Shown piece by piece: positions 45,700 through 55,053 of a stretch of 64,000 bases of DNA (position 1 is its first letter; each line of letters starts with the position of its first letter). A program made the translations under genes and the position numbers. The notes below the pieces were generated by a model that saw only the letters and a list, made by a program, of their open reading frames with translations, made no database searches and was not told where the DNA came from. The DNA is taken from assembly GCA_035526585.1 (NCBI GenBank), contig DATLCC010000087.1:80-64079 (forward strand), in the 5' to 3' direction. The DNA comes from Thermoplasmatota archaeon (GTDB lineage Archaea > Thermoplasmatota > SW-10-69-26 > JACQPN01 > JAJPHT01).

Positions 45700-48600
45700 T
45701 CACCGAGCCCGGGCCGTGGGCGCCTTCTTTCCGCTCGAAGTCGGCGCGGCAGCGCCGACTTCGCGAGCGAGGAGCGGTTTGAGGAACTGGCCGGTGTAGC
45801 TTTCTGGGACCGCGGCGACTTGTTCGGGCGTGCCTTCGGCGACGATGCGGCCCCCTTTTTCGCCGCCTTCGGGACCGAGGTCGACGAGCCAGTCGGCGTG
45901 TTTGATGACGTCGAGGTTGTGCTCGATGACGAGGACCGTGTTGCCGGTGTCCGCAAGGCGGTCGAGGACGCCGAGGAGGCGCTCGATGTCGGCGAAGTGC
46001 AGCCCTGTCGTGGGCTCGTCGAGGATGTAGAGCGTCTTTCCGGTGGCGCGCTTCTGGAGCTCGGTCGCGAGCTTCACGCGCTGGGCTTCGCCGCCGGAAA
46101 GGGTGGTGCTGCTCTGCCCCAGGCGCATGTAGCCGAGGCCGACGTCGAGAAGCGTCTGGAGGGCGCGCTTCATCGCGGGCACGGCCTCGAAGAACGTGTG
46201 CGCTTCCTCGACCGTCATGTCGAGGACCTCCTTGATCGTCTTGCCCTTGTAGCGCACCTGGAGGGTCTCGCGGTTGTAGCGCGCGCCTTTGCATTCTTCG
46301 CAGGGGACGTACACGTCGGCGAGGAAGTGCATCTCGATCTTCACGGTGCCGTCGCCCTCGCACGCCTCGCAGCGGCCGCCTTTCACGTTGAAGCTGAACC
46401 TCCCCGGCTGGTAGCCGCGCGACTTCGCGTCGGGCGTCTGGGCGTAGAGGTCGCGGATGTTCGTGAAGAGGCCCGTGTAGGTCGCCGGGTTCGAGCGCGG
46501 CGTGCGGCCGATGGGCGACTGGTCGATGATGATGACCTTGTCGATCTGCTCGATCCCCTCGAGCTTCGCGTGCTTCCCGGGCTGCTCCATCGCGCCGTTG
46601 AGCTTGCGAGCGAGCGCCTTGTAGAGCACGTCGTTGATGAGCGTGGACTTTCCGGATCCCGACACGCCGGTGACGCAGACGAACTTGCCGAGCGGAAAGC
46701 GCGCGTCGACGTTCTTGAGGTTGTTCTCGCGAGCGTTCTTCACGACGAGCGCCTTGCCGGTGCCTTCGCGCCGAACCGAGGGGATCGAGATCTGGCGCTT
46801 GCCGCTCATGAACTGCCCCGTGATGCTCTTCGGGTTGCGCAGGATCTGCGCGGGCGTCCCTTCGGCGATGATCTGCCCGCCGTGCTCCCCGGCACCGGGC
46901 CCCAGGTCCACGACCCAGTCCGCCGCGCGGATCATCTCCTCGTCGTGCTCGACGACAAGGAGCGTGTTGCCAAGCTCGCGCAGCCCCTTCAGCGACTCGA
47001 TGAGACGCTGGTTGTCGCGCTGGTGAAGGCCGATCGAGGGCTCGTCCAGGATGTAGAGCACGCCGACGAGCCCGGAGCCTATCTGCGTGGCGAGGCGGAT
47101 GCGCTGCCCTTCGCCGCCCGAGAGCGTCGCGCTGCTGCGATCCAGCGTCAGGTAGTCCAGCCCGACGTCGATCATGAACTTGAGCCGCTCGCGGATCTCC
47201 TTCACGACCTCGTGCGCGATGTGCTTCGAGCGGTCGTCGAGCGACTGCTCGTACTCGAGGAACCACCCGTAGAGACGCCCGACGGGCATGGACGAGACGT
47301 CGGCGATGCTCTTCCCGGCCACGAGGACATGCAGGATCTCAGGCTTCAACCGCTGCCCCTTGCACGCCTTGCAAGGCTTCGATGCCATGAGCCCCTGGAT
47401 CGACTCGCGCTTCGACTCGCTCTCCGTCTCCTTGAAGTAGCGCTGGAGGCGAGGCACGATGCCTTCGAACATGTCGTACCCCTCCCAGATGCGGCCGCTC
47501 GACATCTCGTACTTCACCTTGATGCGGCGATCCGTCCCGTAGAGGATGACCTCCTTCGCGCTGTCGCTGAGCGACTTCCACGGCGTGGCCATGCTGAACT
47601 TGAACGCGCGCGCCAGCTGCTCCAGCTCGTAGAGTACCCACGGCATCGAGCGCTTCACCGTCCCATGCAGGCAGCCATCGTGGAGCGACGCCTCCGCGTC
47701 GGCGATGATCACGTCGGGATCGACCTCGAGCGAGAAGCCCAGGCCCACGCAATCCGGACACGCCCCGTGCGGCGCGTTGAACGAGAACGATCGCGGAGCG
47801 AGCTCAGCCATCGAGAATCCGCATTTCGTGCACGCGAACTTCTCGCTGTAGACGTCCAGCTGCGGCTCGACGTCCTTCAAGACCCGCATCTCGCCCTCGC
47901 CCAGCTTCAGGCACTGCTCGACGGAATCGGTGAGGCGCTGGCGCGCGTCCGCCGACCGGTCCGCCTTGCGGACCACGATGCGGTCGACGACGATCTCGAT
48001 CGTGTGCTTCTCGTAGCGCGCGAGCTTCCAGTCGTCGTCCACGGTGCCCAGCGCGCCGTTCACCCGCACGCGCTCGAACCCTTGCGACTTGTACTCGGCG
48101 AAATTCTTCTTGTACTCGCCCTTGCGGTCCTTCACGACCGGCGCGAGGAGATGCAGCTTCGTCCCCTCGGGGTAGGCGAGCAGCCGCTCGACGATCCCGT
48201 CGGGCGTCTGCCCCTTGATCGGCGTGCCATCCTTCGGACAGTGCGGCTGGCCGAGGTTCGCGTAGAGGACGCGAAGGTAGTCGAAGATCTCCGTGATCGT
48301 GCCGACGGTGGAGCGAGGATTCTTCGACGTCGTCTTCTGGTCGATCGAGATCGCGGGGGAGAGGCCTTCGATGCTGTCGCAGTCGGGCTTCTCCATCTGG
48401 CCGAGGAACTGGCGCGCGTAGGCAGAGAGCGACTCGACGTAACGCCGCTGGCCTTCCGCGTAGAGCGTATCGAAGGCCAGGCTCGACTTGCCCGACCCCG
48501 AGAGGCCGGTGATGACCACGAGCTTGTCTCGGGGGAGCGTCACGTCCACGTTCTTGAGGTTGTGCTCGCGCGCACCCCTTACGATGATCTCGTCTCTCAC
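45700..48600 (-). CDS. uvrA: Excinuclease ABC subunit A
   Basis: 966 aa with a GTG start. It has two ABC ATPase modules ([14 protein letters not shown]; [10 protein letters not shown]) and Zn-finger cysteines. Confidence 0.97.
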   Translation of the reverse strand: MRDEIIVRGAREHNLKNVDVTLPRDKLVVITGLSGSGKSSLAFDTLYAEGQRRYVESLSAYARQFLGQMEKPDCDSIEGLSPAISIDQKTTSKNPRSTVGTITEIFDYLRVLYANLGQPHCPKDGTPIKGQTPDGIVERLLAYPEGTKLHLLAPVVKDRKGEYKKNFAEYKSQGFERVRVNGALGTVDDDWKLARYEKHTIEIVVDRIVVRKADRSADARQRLTDSVEQCLKLGEGEMRVLKDVEPQLDVYSEKFACTKCGFSMAELAPRSFSFNAPHGACPDCVGLGFSLEVDPDVIIADAEASLHDGCLHGTVKRSMPWVLYELEQLARAFKFSMATPWKSLSDSAKEVILYGTDRRIKVKYEMSSGRIWEGYDMFEGIVPRLQRYFKETESESKRESIQGLMASKPCKACKGQRLKPEILHVLVAGKSIADVSSMPVGRLYGWFLEYEQSLDDRSKHIAHEVVKEIRERLKFMIDVGLDYLTLDRSSATLSGGEGQRIRLATQIGSGLVGVLYILDEPSIGLHQRDNQRLIESLKGLRELGNTLLVVEHDEEMIRAADWVVDLGPGAGEHGGQIIAEGTPAQILRNPKSITGQFMSGKRQISIPSVRREGTGKALVVKNARENNLKNVDARFPLGKFVCVTGVSGSGKSTLINDVLYKALARKLNGAMEQPGKHAKLEGIEQIDKVIIIDQSPIGRTPRSNPATYTGLFTNIRDLYAQTPDAKSRGYQPGRFSFNVKGGRCEACEGDGTVKIEMHFLADVYVPCEECKGARYNRETLQVRYKGKTIKEVLDMTVEEAHTFFEAVPAMKRALQTLLDVGLGYMRLGQSSTTLSGGEAQRVKLATELQKRATGKTLYILDEPTTGLHFADIERLLGVLDRLADTGNTVLVIEHNLDVIKHADWLVDLGPEGGEKGGRIVAEGTPEQVAAVPESYTGQFLKPLLAREVGAAAPTSSGKKAPTARAR

Positions 48601-48796
48601 CTAGAATCGGCCGCCCATCCCTCCGTATCGTATTTAGCGGTTTGTCGGTGGCGACCGAATGGACGGGACTCGCCTCGGGGAAGGGGCCCATCCGGACCCG
48701 TCCGGATCGAGGGCCGAAGGCCCGAGAGAGGACGAATCGCAGCGAGAGACCAGTTCTTCGTCCGACCCCAGATCCGGCGGCGGCGGTGGGGCGGCT

Positions 48797-48850
48797 GGAT
48801 CCACCGGGCGCCAGGTGGATCCAGGTGGATCCAGGTGGATCCAGGTGGCT
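48797..48850. repeat. Phased 10-bp tandem array: GGATCCACC-gggcg-(CCAGGTGGAT)x3-CCAGGTGGCT
   Basis: Read directly from the sequence. It uses the same 10-mer as the array at 63366-63415 but in reverse orientation. It abuts the stop of the asparaginase-II-like gene and lies about 200-250 nt upstream of the uvrA start. Confidence 0.9.
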
Positions 48851-49853
48851 AAGGGCCCAGCGTCAGGACCGGCTTCACGCGCCCCACGACGCGCCCGCTC
48901 CAGTTCGTGAGCGTCGGCATCCACCAGGTGCCCAGCACCTCGAACGCGCGACCTTCCAACCAGGCGAGCTGGCGGAGCGCCTCGATCGTGGCGGGCGGGA
49001 CCGGTCGACCTGCGCCGTCCTCCGCCTTGAGGAAGAGGCCCATGCCGGTCCGCAGGTCGCCGACGCCTTCGCACCCTTCCGCGCCGGCTTTGGCGACGAG
49101 CCGATCGTCGCTCGCGCCCATGAGGTCCGTGTCGAAGCTTTCCCCGCCGCCCACCATCTCGGGATGGTGCACCATCGCGTCGCGCAGGCGCGCGAGCGCG
49201 GCGGCGGACGGCGGCGCGACGCCCTGCGGCATGGCGAGCCGCGCGAAGAGGAGCGCCGCGTTCGACAGCGGGAGCGCGAAGTTGGGCGCGCTGCATCCGT
49301 CCGTGCCGACGCGCACGTCGCCCTGCGGCATGCCGGCGACCTCGGCCACGCTGCGAAGGATCGCTTGCTGCGCAGCCGAGTCGCGTTGCCAGTAGTCCGC
49401 GGGGTCGCCCCCCAGATGCTTCTGCAGGAGCATCATGCCCGCGTGCTTCCCGCTGCAGTTGTGGTGCAGGGGCGTCGTGCGGCCGCCCTTCAGCGCATCT
49501 TTCGCGAGCTTCGAGCGCGGCGCGTGCGTCCCGCACTGGAGGAGTGCCGCCGATACGCCGCCCTTCTCGAGCATGCGGGCCGCGGTCTCGACGTGCAGGG
49601 GCTCGCCGCTGTGGCTTCCGCAGCAGAGCGCGAGCTCCTGCTTGGTGAGCCCGAAGGCATCCGCGGCCCCCGACGTCACGAGCGGGACGGCCTGGAAGGG
49701 CTTCGCCGCGCTGCGCAGATACGTGACGAACGATGCGTCGCCCGCCTCGTGCACGACGCTGCCTGCCCCGTCCACGACGACCACGTGGACGCGATGCACG
49801 CTTTCCACGACGTCGCCACGCACGATCTCGACACCCACGGGGGCCGGCTTCAC
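48849..49853 (-). CDS. Asparaginase-II family protein (Rhizobium-type L-asparaginase)
   Basis: 334 aa. VRGDVVESVHRVHVVVVD..YLRSAAKPFQA..NCSGKHAGM match the Asparaginase_II profile. Confidence 0.8.
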   Translation of the reverse strand: MKPAPVGVEIVRGDVVESVHRVHVVVVDGAGSVVHEAGDASFVTYLRSAAKPFQAVPLVTSGAADAFGLTKQELALCCGSHSGEPLHVETAARMLEKGGVSAALLQCGTHAPRSKLAKDALKGGRTTPLHHNCSGKHAGMMLLQKHLGGDPADYWQRDSAAQQAILRSVAEVAGMPQGDVRVGTDGCSAPNFALPLSNAALLFARLAMPQGVAPPSAAALARLRDAMVHHPEMVGGGESFDTDLMGASDDRLVAKAGAEGCEGVGDLRTGMGLFLKAEDGAGRPVPPATIEALRQLAWLEGRAFEVLGTWWMPTLTNWSGRVVGRVKPVLTLGP

Positions 49854-49889
49854 GCGGGAGCCAAGCCCCTCCGACGAAAGAGCCTTTCC

Positions 49890-50243
49890 TCACCCGCCGC
49901 CCACGGCGCCCGGCTGCCGGCGGAGCGCATCCGGGGCCGCGCCTGCTTCGAGCTGCGCGACGAAGGCCGTGACGGCGGCAAGCGGGGCGAGCTCGAGCGC
50001 GTACACGCGGCCGCGGCCGGCGGCGCGATCGGCGACGAGGCCGGCTTCGCGCAGGAGAGCGAGGTGCTTCGACACGGCGGGGCGGCTGATGCGGGAGAAT
50101 TCGGACGCGATCTCGCCCGCGGGTCGGGAGCCGCGCGCGAGGAGCGCGAGGATCTGGCGGCGCGTGTCGTCGGCGAGCGCGCGGTAGACGAGCTCCTGCT
50201 GGGCGGGGGCCTTGCGGCGCGCGCGGGTCTTGGGGGCGGCCAT
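49890..50243 (-). CDS. ArsR/SmtB-family transcriptional regulator
   Basis: 117 aa. YRALADDTRRQILALLARGSRPAGEIASEFSRISRPAVSKHLALLREAGLV is a canonical ArsR wHTH. Confidence 0.85.
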   Translation of the reverse strand: MAAPKTRARRKAPAQQELVYRALADDTRRQILALLARGSRPAGEIASEFSRISRPAVSKHLALLREAGLVADRAAGRGRVYALELAPLAAVTAFVAQLEAGAAPDALRRQPGAVGGG

Positions 50244-50270
50244 CGCATTGTGTAACCGTTCGGTTACGCA

Positions 50271-51473
50271 TCAAGCTTGCGTTGCGCGCCGCAGCGTGAC
50301 GATCGCGACCTCGGGCCAGGCGCCCACGCGCAGCGGGACCGCCCAGTAGTTCGTGCCCGGATGGATGTAGAGCGAGGACGCGTCGCGCTGATAGCTTCCC
50401 ATGGCAAGCTCGAGGAACGGGCTCGCGAGGCTCCACTTCAGCCATGGGACCGAGAGCTGTCCGTGGTGCGTGTGCCCGGAGAGCGTGAGGTGCACTCCGC
50501 GCGCCTGGAGCGCGGGCCAGAGGGCGGGGTTGTGCGCGAGGGCGAGGACGAAGGCGCCCGGCGGCACGTCGGCGAGCGTCTTCGGGATGTCGGGCGCCAC
50601 CTCGGGCTGCGCGTCGCCGAACGTGCGCAGCCCAGCCGGGTCGCCCGTGCCGGCGATCCAAAGCCGCGCGCCTTGGCGCTCGATGGGCGTCGCTTCGTTC
50701 ACGAGGACGCGCATCCCGGCCGCCTGCATCCCGTCGCGCACGCCCGGCCAACCCGCATACACGTCGTGGTTGCCGGCGATCGCATAGACGCCCAACGGCG
50801 CGCGAAGCGGCCCGAAGAACGCGGCGAAGCGCGCGACGTCCACGTCGTAGTCGTCCACCTGGTCGCCGGTGTGCGCGACGAGGTCGGGCTTCTCGCGCTC
50901 GACCGCGCGCACGATGCGGCGGAGGAAGCGGGCGCTCGTGTGCGGCCCCACGTGGAGGTCGGAGAGCTGCGCGATGCGCACGCCATCGAACGCCTCGGGA
51001 AGATCGGCGAACGTGAACGTGAGCCGTCGGACGACGAGCGCCTTGGAGCCGACGTAGCCCACGACGATGAGGAGGAGCGCCGCCGCGCCCGCGAGGAGCG
51101 CGCCCGTGCGTCCCGCCGCGAGCGGCGCGTGGAAAGGGAGGCCCAGCACGAAGCCGAACGCGCCGGCAAGACTTGCAGGAAGAAGCACGATCTGCGCGTA
51201 CCAGAAGGGGCGCATCACGAAGAGTCGTGTGGCTTTCGTGGGGTATGCGTCCGGACGGAAGCTGCGGATGAGGAGGACGATCGCAAGGAGGAGGTAGGCG
51301 TAGATGGCGACGAAAGGCCACCAGCCGCCGGGCGCAAGGCCGTGCAGGAGTGCCGCCACGACCGCGAGGTGGAGCGTGGTCCAACCGGTGAAGACGAGGG
51401 CGACGCGCGGGAGGAAGCTGGATGTCGTGGGCTTCTCCCGTGTGGGTGCTGCGGTGGCCGTCGCGTCCGTCAC
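50271..51473 (-). CDS. Membrane-anchored metallophosphoesterase
   Basis: N-terminal TM helices are followed by the calcineurin-like motifs QLSDLHVG, TGDQVD, GNHD and SGHTHHG. The track ORF extends to 51617 across the palindromic repeat. The first plausible start inside it is GTG 51473. Confidence 0.75.
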   Translation of the reverse strand: MTDATATAAPTREKPTTSSFLPRVALVFTGWTTLHLAVVAALLHGLAPGGWWPFVAIYAYLLLAIVLLIRSFRPDAYPTKATRLFVMRPFWYAQIVLLPASLAGAFGFVLGLPFHAPLAAGRTGALLAGAAALLLIVVGYVGSKALVVRRLTFTFADLPEAFDGVRIAQLSDLHVGPHTSARFLRRIVRAVEREKPDLVAHTGDQVDDYDVDVARFAAFFGPLRAPLGVYAIAGNHDVYAGWPGVRDGMQAAGMRVLVNEATPIERQGARLWIAGTGDPAGLRTFGDAQPEVAPDIPKTLADVPPGAFVLALAHNPALWPALQARGVHLTLSGHTHHGQLSVPWLKWSLASPFLELAMGSYQRDASSLYIHPGTNYWAVPLRVGAWPEVAIVTLRRATQA

Positions 51474-51536
51474 AGTGCCAGTGTCGCTGCGCTTCCTCTT
51501 GGCGCTTTCTGCGACGCTCCGAGCACATCCTTGCCT

Positions 51537-52104
51537 GGGCCGAAATTTTTCTGCGGAAAAATTTCGGGTCCCCCATTCGGCAAGGACGGGAGTGGCGGTG
51601 TAGCCTGATCTCGGCAAAGCCTACCATCGGCTTCCACTTGTCACCGAGGACTGCCACCCCCTGCTTCCCACAAGATCGGACTATCGTTGTCGACGGGCGC
51701 CGGATCGGACGATGAAAGACTAATGATAGCATCGCGCATCATACTACACAGGGATCGCACATGCCGGTCAACGTGAAAGTCATTGCTGCGAGCGCAATTG
51801 CCATCTTGGCCCTACTTTTGGGATGGGCGGCCGTGATGGCTATCAAAGAGTGGATCACGACGAACCCCACATACGCCCTGGCGACGCTAGTGGTCGTCGG
51901 AGGCGTTGTTGTTACCGTTGCCGGTCCACGGCGCGGAGGCCGGTTCACGCCGCTCATCGGAGCGGGTATGATCATTGCGGACGTGGTGCTCTTCTATTTC
52001 GCCTAAGCCTGCACCATGAGGGGCCGGCGTCAAGAGCAAGATAGCACCTCACACCCATCCCCGCCAGCCGTCGTGCGAAATTTTCCGCAGAAGAATTTCG
52101 CTCC
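51537..52104. mobile_element. MITE-like 568-bp cassette bounded by an inverted pair of the 62-bp palindrome-tipped repeat
   Basis: The left end is 51537-51598 (+), with core CCGAAATTTTTCTGCGGAAAAATTTCGG at 51540-51567. The right end is 52047-52104 (-), with core at 52075-52101. The interior is visibly lower in GC and carries a single atypical ORF. Confidence 0.5.
51761..52006 (+). CDS. Small hydrophobic protein (2-3 TM) encoded inside the cassette
   Basis: 81 aa: MPVNVKVIAASAIAILALLLGWAAVMAI..LATLVVVGGVVVTVAG..LIGAGMIIADVVLFYFA. Its codon usage (att, gct, cta, ctt, gtt, ggt, tat, and a TAA stop) is unlike the neighbouring genes. Confidence 0.45.
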   Translation: MPVNVKVIAASAIAILALLLGWAAVMAIKEWITTNPTYALATLVVVGGVVVTVAGPRRGGRFTPLIGAGMIIADVVLFYFA

Positions 52105-52121
52105 CTCGCGTGAGCGCGGGC

Positions 52122-54122
52122 TCACGCGGGTGGCTTCTCCGCTTCCAGACGCATCCGTATCTCCCGGAGCTTGTCCCTGTACATCGCGGCCGTCTCGAAG
52201 TCGAGCCGCTTGGCCGCGGCACGCATCTTCGCCTCCAGCTCGTCGGCGAGGACGAGCAGGGAATCCGTGTCCGCCTCGGCGAGCTTGATCTCCACTTCCT
52301 GCTCCTTCCTCTCCCGCATCTTGCGGAGCGCCTTCACGATCGTCTGCGGCGTGATGCCGCGAAGCTCATTGTGCTCCTCCTGCTTCGCGCGGCGGCGTCG
52401 CGTCTCGTCGATCGCGCGCTGCATGGAGCCCGTGATCTGATCCGCATAGCAGAGCACCTTGCCGTTCACGTTGCGCGCCGCGCGACCGAACGTCTGGATC
52501 AGGGAGGTCTCGCTCCTGAGGAAGCCTTCCTTGTCCGCGTCGAAGATCGCGACGAGGGAGACCTCGGGAAGATCGAGGCCTTCGCGCAGGAGATTGATGC
52601 CCACGAGCACGTCGAACTGGCCACTGCGCAGATCCTCGAGCAGGTCCACGCGGTCGAGCGTCGTCACGTCGCTGTGCAGGTAGCGCACGCGGACGCCGTG
52701 GCTCGCGTAGTAGTCGGTGAGGTCCTCCGCCATGCGCTTCGTGAGCGTCGTCACGAGGACGCGCTCGTTCTTCGCGGCGCGAGCGCGGATCTCGCCCAGG
52801 AGATCGTCGACCTGGCCCGAGGACGGGCGGATCTCGATCACGGGATCCAGGAGGCCGGTCGGGCGGACGACCTGCTCGGCGATCGTCTCGCTCACCTCGA
52901 GCTCGTACGGGCCCGGAGTCGCGCTCACGTGCACGGTCTCGGTGGTGCGGCCGCGGAACTCGTCGAAGGTGAGGGGACGATTGTCGACCGCGCTCGGCAG
53001 GCGGAAGCCGAAGTCGACGAGGACCTGCTTGCGGCTGCGATCGCCATGGTACATGCCGCGCACCTGCGGCACGGTGACGTGCGACTCGTCGATGATCGTG
53101 AGGAAACCCTCTGGGAAGTAGTCGAGGAGCGTGTAGGGCGGCTCGCCGGCCTTCTTGCCGGTGAAGTGGCGTGAGTAGTTCTCGATGCCGTTCATGTAGC
53201 CGATCTCGCGCAGCATCTCGAGGTCGTACTTCGTGCGCTGCTCCAGCCGCTGAGCTTCGAGGAGCTTCCCCTGCCGCTGGAACTCGGCGAGCCGCGCCTC
53301 CAGCTCGACGGTGATGCTCTTCGCGACCCGCTCGATCTCGCTTGGAGAGGAGACGAAATGCTCCGCGGGGTGGATGACGGCTTCGTTCAGCTTCCTCCGC
53401 ACGACGCCCGTGATCGGATCCACGAGCGAGATGCTCTCCAGCTCGTCGCCGAAAAGCTCGATCCGGTGCACGTTCTCGCCGTCGGGCGAGCGCACCTCGA
53501 CGACGTCGCCGCGGGCGCGGAACTGGCCCCAGTCGGGCGCCTGGTCGTTGCGCTTGTAGTAGATGTCGATGAGCCGGCGGAGCAGGACCTCCCGGTCGAG
53601 CTTGTCACCGACCTTCAGCACAAGGTGCTGGTCGTGGTACTCCTTGGGGTCGCCCAGGCCATAGATGCAGGAGACGGACGCGACGACGATGACGTCGGGC
53701 CGCGTCATGAGCGCCGCGGTCGTGGCGTGGCGCATCTTCTCGATCTCCTCGTTCCTGTCCGACTCCTTCGCGATGTAGAGGTCCTTCGACGGGACGTACG
53801 CCTCGGGCTGGTAGTAGTCGAAGTAGCTGACCCAGTAGGAGACCGCGTTGTCGGGGAAGAACTCCTTCATCTCCTCGTAGAGTTGCGCGGCGAGTGTCTT
53901 GTTGTGCGACACGATGAGCGTCGGCCGGCCGATCTGCTGGATGACGTTCGCCATCGTGTACGTCTTGCCCGAGCCCGTGACGCCCAGGAGCGTCTGGTCG
54001 CGCTGCCCCTTCCGGATCCCCTCCACGAGCGTCTTGATCGCCTCGGGCTGGTCGCCCGCCGGCGCGTAGGGCGCCCGCAGGTCGAAGGGGGACTTCGCGA
54101 CGGACGCGGATCTCGGGGCCAC
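52122..54122 (-). CDS. uvrB: Excinuclease ABC subunit B
   Basis: The track ORF runs to 54998, antisense through a tRNA. GTG 54122 gives (M)[28 protein letters not shown].., aligned with the canonical UvrB N-terminus. It has [10 protein letters not shown] and a C-terminal UVR domain, and is 666 aa. Confidence 0.93.
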   Translation of the reverse strand: MAPRSASVAKSPFDLRAPYAPAGDQPEAIKTLVEGIRKGQRDQTLLGVTGSGKTYTMANVIQQIGRPTLIVSHNKTLAAQLYEEMKEFFPDNAVSYWVSYFDYYQPEAYVPSKDLYIAKESDRNEEIEKMRHATTAALMTRPDVIVVASVSCIYGLGDPKEYHDQHLVLKVGDKLDREVLLRRLIDIYYKRNDQAPDWGQFRARGDVVEVRSPDGENVHRIELFGDELESISLVDPITGVVRRKLNEAVIHPAEHFVSSPSEIERVAKSITVELEARLAEFQRQGKLLEAQRLEQRTKYDLEMLREIGYMNGIENYSRHFTGKKAGEPPYTLLDYFPEGFLTIIDESHVTVPQVRGMYHGDRSRKQVLVDFGFRLPSAVDNRPLTFDEFRGRTTETVHVSATPGPYELEVSETIAEQVVRPTGLLDPVIEIRPSSGQVDDLLGEIRARAAKNERVLVTTLTKRMAEDLTDYYASHGVRVRYLHSDVTTLDRVDLLEDLRSGQFDVLVGINLLREGLDLPEVSLVAIFDADKEGFLRSETSLIQTFGRAARNVNGKVLCYADQITGSMQRAIDETRRRRAKQEEHNELRGITPQTIVKALRKMRERKEQEVEIKLAEADTDSLLVLADELEAKMRAAAKRLDFETAAMYRDKLREIRMRLEAEKPPA

Positions 54123-54206
54123 TGCCCCGAACGAGGCCGCGCTCCGGGATGAAGCTTCGCGGAGGGCGGCCGAAAGCGGGAAAAGCCACGAGGGCCCTCG
54201 AAGCGC

Positions 54207-54812
54207 GTGGGCCGCCTCCTGCTCGCCATCCTCCTTCTCGCGCCGGCGGCAGCGGCCGCCCCGGTCGCGATCGAACCCACGGGCGACGCGGAAGCCGACG
54301 CCGTCGCCGTGAGCGGCACGAAAGACGCGCACAGCAGCTGCAGCGCCTTCGGCACGATCCCCTGCGCTGCCGTGAGCGGCACGGGGAACGCAAGCGGCTC
54401 CTCGCGCGTGGAGGGAGCGCATCTCCTCGTCTGCCCGACGAACGGCTTCGGCACGCCGCACTGCCTCGTGAACGGCGACGACGACCAGGAGGTCGCGAGC
54501 GCGAGCCTCGAGGGCCACGCGGAAGGAGGCGCGGCAAGCCTCGCCCCCACGGGCCGCGCCAACGGCTCCCTCGTCGCCGTCGGACGCGATGGCGCCCGCG
54601 GGAGCCTCCTCGCCGTCGGAGGCGACGCCGATGGGACGATCGCGGTGTCGACGGGCCAGGCGCATGGGATCGTCGCCGTCGGGGCGGGCGAGGCGAGGGG
54701 GTTCATCGCCGCCTCGGCGGCCGGGGACGCGGAAGCCGAGGGGTGCCTGGCGACGCCTCTTGACCCATGCCATGAGGGCGTGGCTGTGGATCTCGAGCCC
54801 GAGCAACGATGA
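54207..54812 (+). CDS. Small secreted Gly/Ala-rich repeat protein with three Cys-x7/9-Cys loops
   Basis: 201 aa with a GTG start. The signal peptide is [18 protein letters not shown]. It has repeats of the type G-x-[AD]-x-G-x-[LIV]-[LIV]-A-V ([30 protein letters not shown]). The frame is opposite the shadow of uvrB. Confidence 0.5.
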   Translation: MGRLLLAILLLAPAAAAAPVAIEPTGDAEADAVAVSGTKDAHSSCSAFGTIPCAAVSGTGNASGSSRVEGAHLLVCPTNGFGTPHCLVNGDDDQEVASASLEGHAEGGAASLAPTGRANGSLVAVGRDGARGSLLAVGGDADGTIAVSTGQAHGIVAVGAGEARGFIAASAAGDAEAEGCLATPLDPCHEGVAVDLEPEQR

Positions 54813-54815
54813 CCA

Positions 54816-54878
54816 GGGCCGAAATTTTTCTGCGGAAAAATTTCGGGTCCCCGCAGCGGCAAGGATGGGGGTGACGGG
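54816..54878 (+). repeat. Solo copy of the 62-bp palindrome-tipped repeat
   Basis: Its core at 54819-54846 is identical to the one at 51540-51567. The tail is GTCCCCGCAGCGGCAAGGATGGGGGTGACGG. The core starts 6 nt after the stop of ORF 54207..54812, so it may act as that gene's oligo-T terminator. Confidence 0.85.
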
Positions 54879-54945
54879 AATGTCTCTCGCCCGCCCCGGA
54901 GCCGAGCCTTTTTCAGCGGGGACCCTTTGCCAAGGATATCCCATT

Positions 54946-55029
54946 GCCGAGGTGGCAGAGCGGCCCAATGCGCCAGTCTTGAAAACTGGTGGGCGCAAGT
55001 CCTCGCAGGTTCAAATCCTGTCCTCGGCG
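54946..55029 (+). tRNA. tRNA-Ser (anticodon UGA), class II with a long variable arm
   Basis: Hand-folded. The acceptor is GCCGAGG/CCTCGGC and the anticodon stem is CCAGT/ACTGG with loop CTTGAAA. The T arm is GCAGG-TTCAAAT-CCTGT and the discriminator is G. Confidence 0.9.
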
Positions 55030-55053
55030 CTAGCAAGGATCGTTGACGCCCCT

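Noticed and set aside
44332-48852. Very long ORFs: 1506 aa (+) here, 1032 aa (-) at 48634..51732, 927 aa (-) at 8883..11666, 910 aa (-) at 15062..17794 and 751 aa (-) at 1123..3378
   Set aside because: They are Arg/Ala/Gly/Asp-rich with no motifs. Each lies antisense to or out of frame with well-supported genes (uvrA, SMUG1, mcm, lhr and others). This is the classic stop-codon-poor shadow ORF of high-GC DNA.
51540-51567. Recurrent peptide ..[12 protein letters not shown].. in several track ORFs (50271..51617, 52122..54998, 31014..32828) as a possible shared protein domain
   Set aside because: It is the translation of the 28-nt DNA palindrome, appearing in non-coding extensions of over-long ORFs. 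The real genes start or stop outside it.
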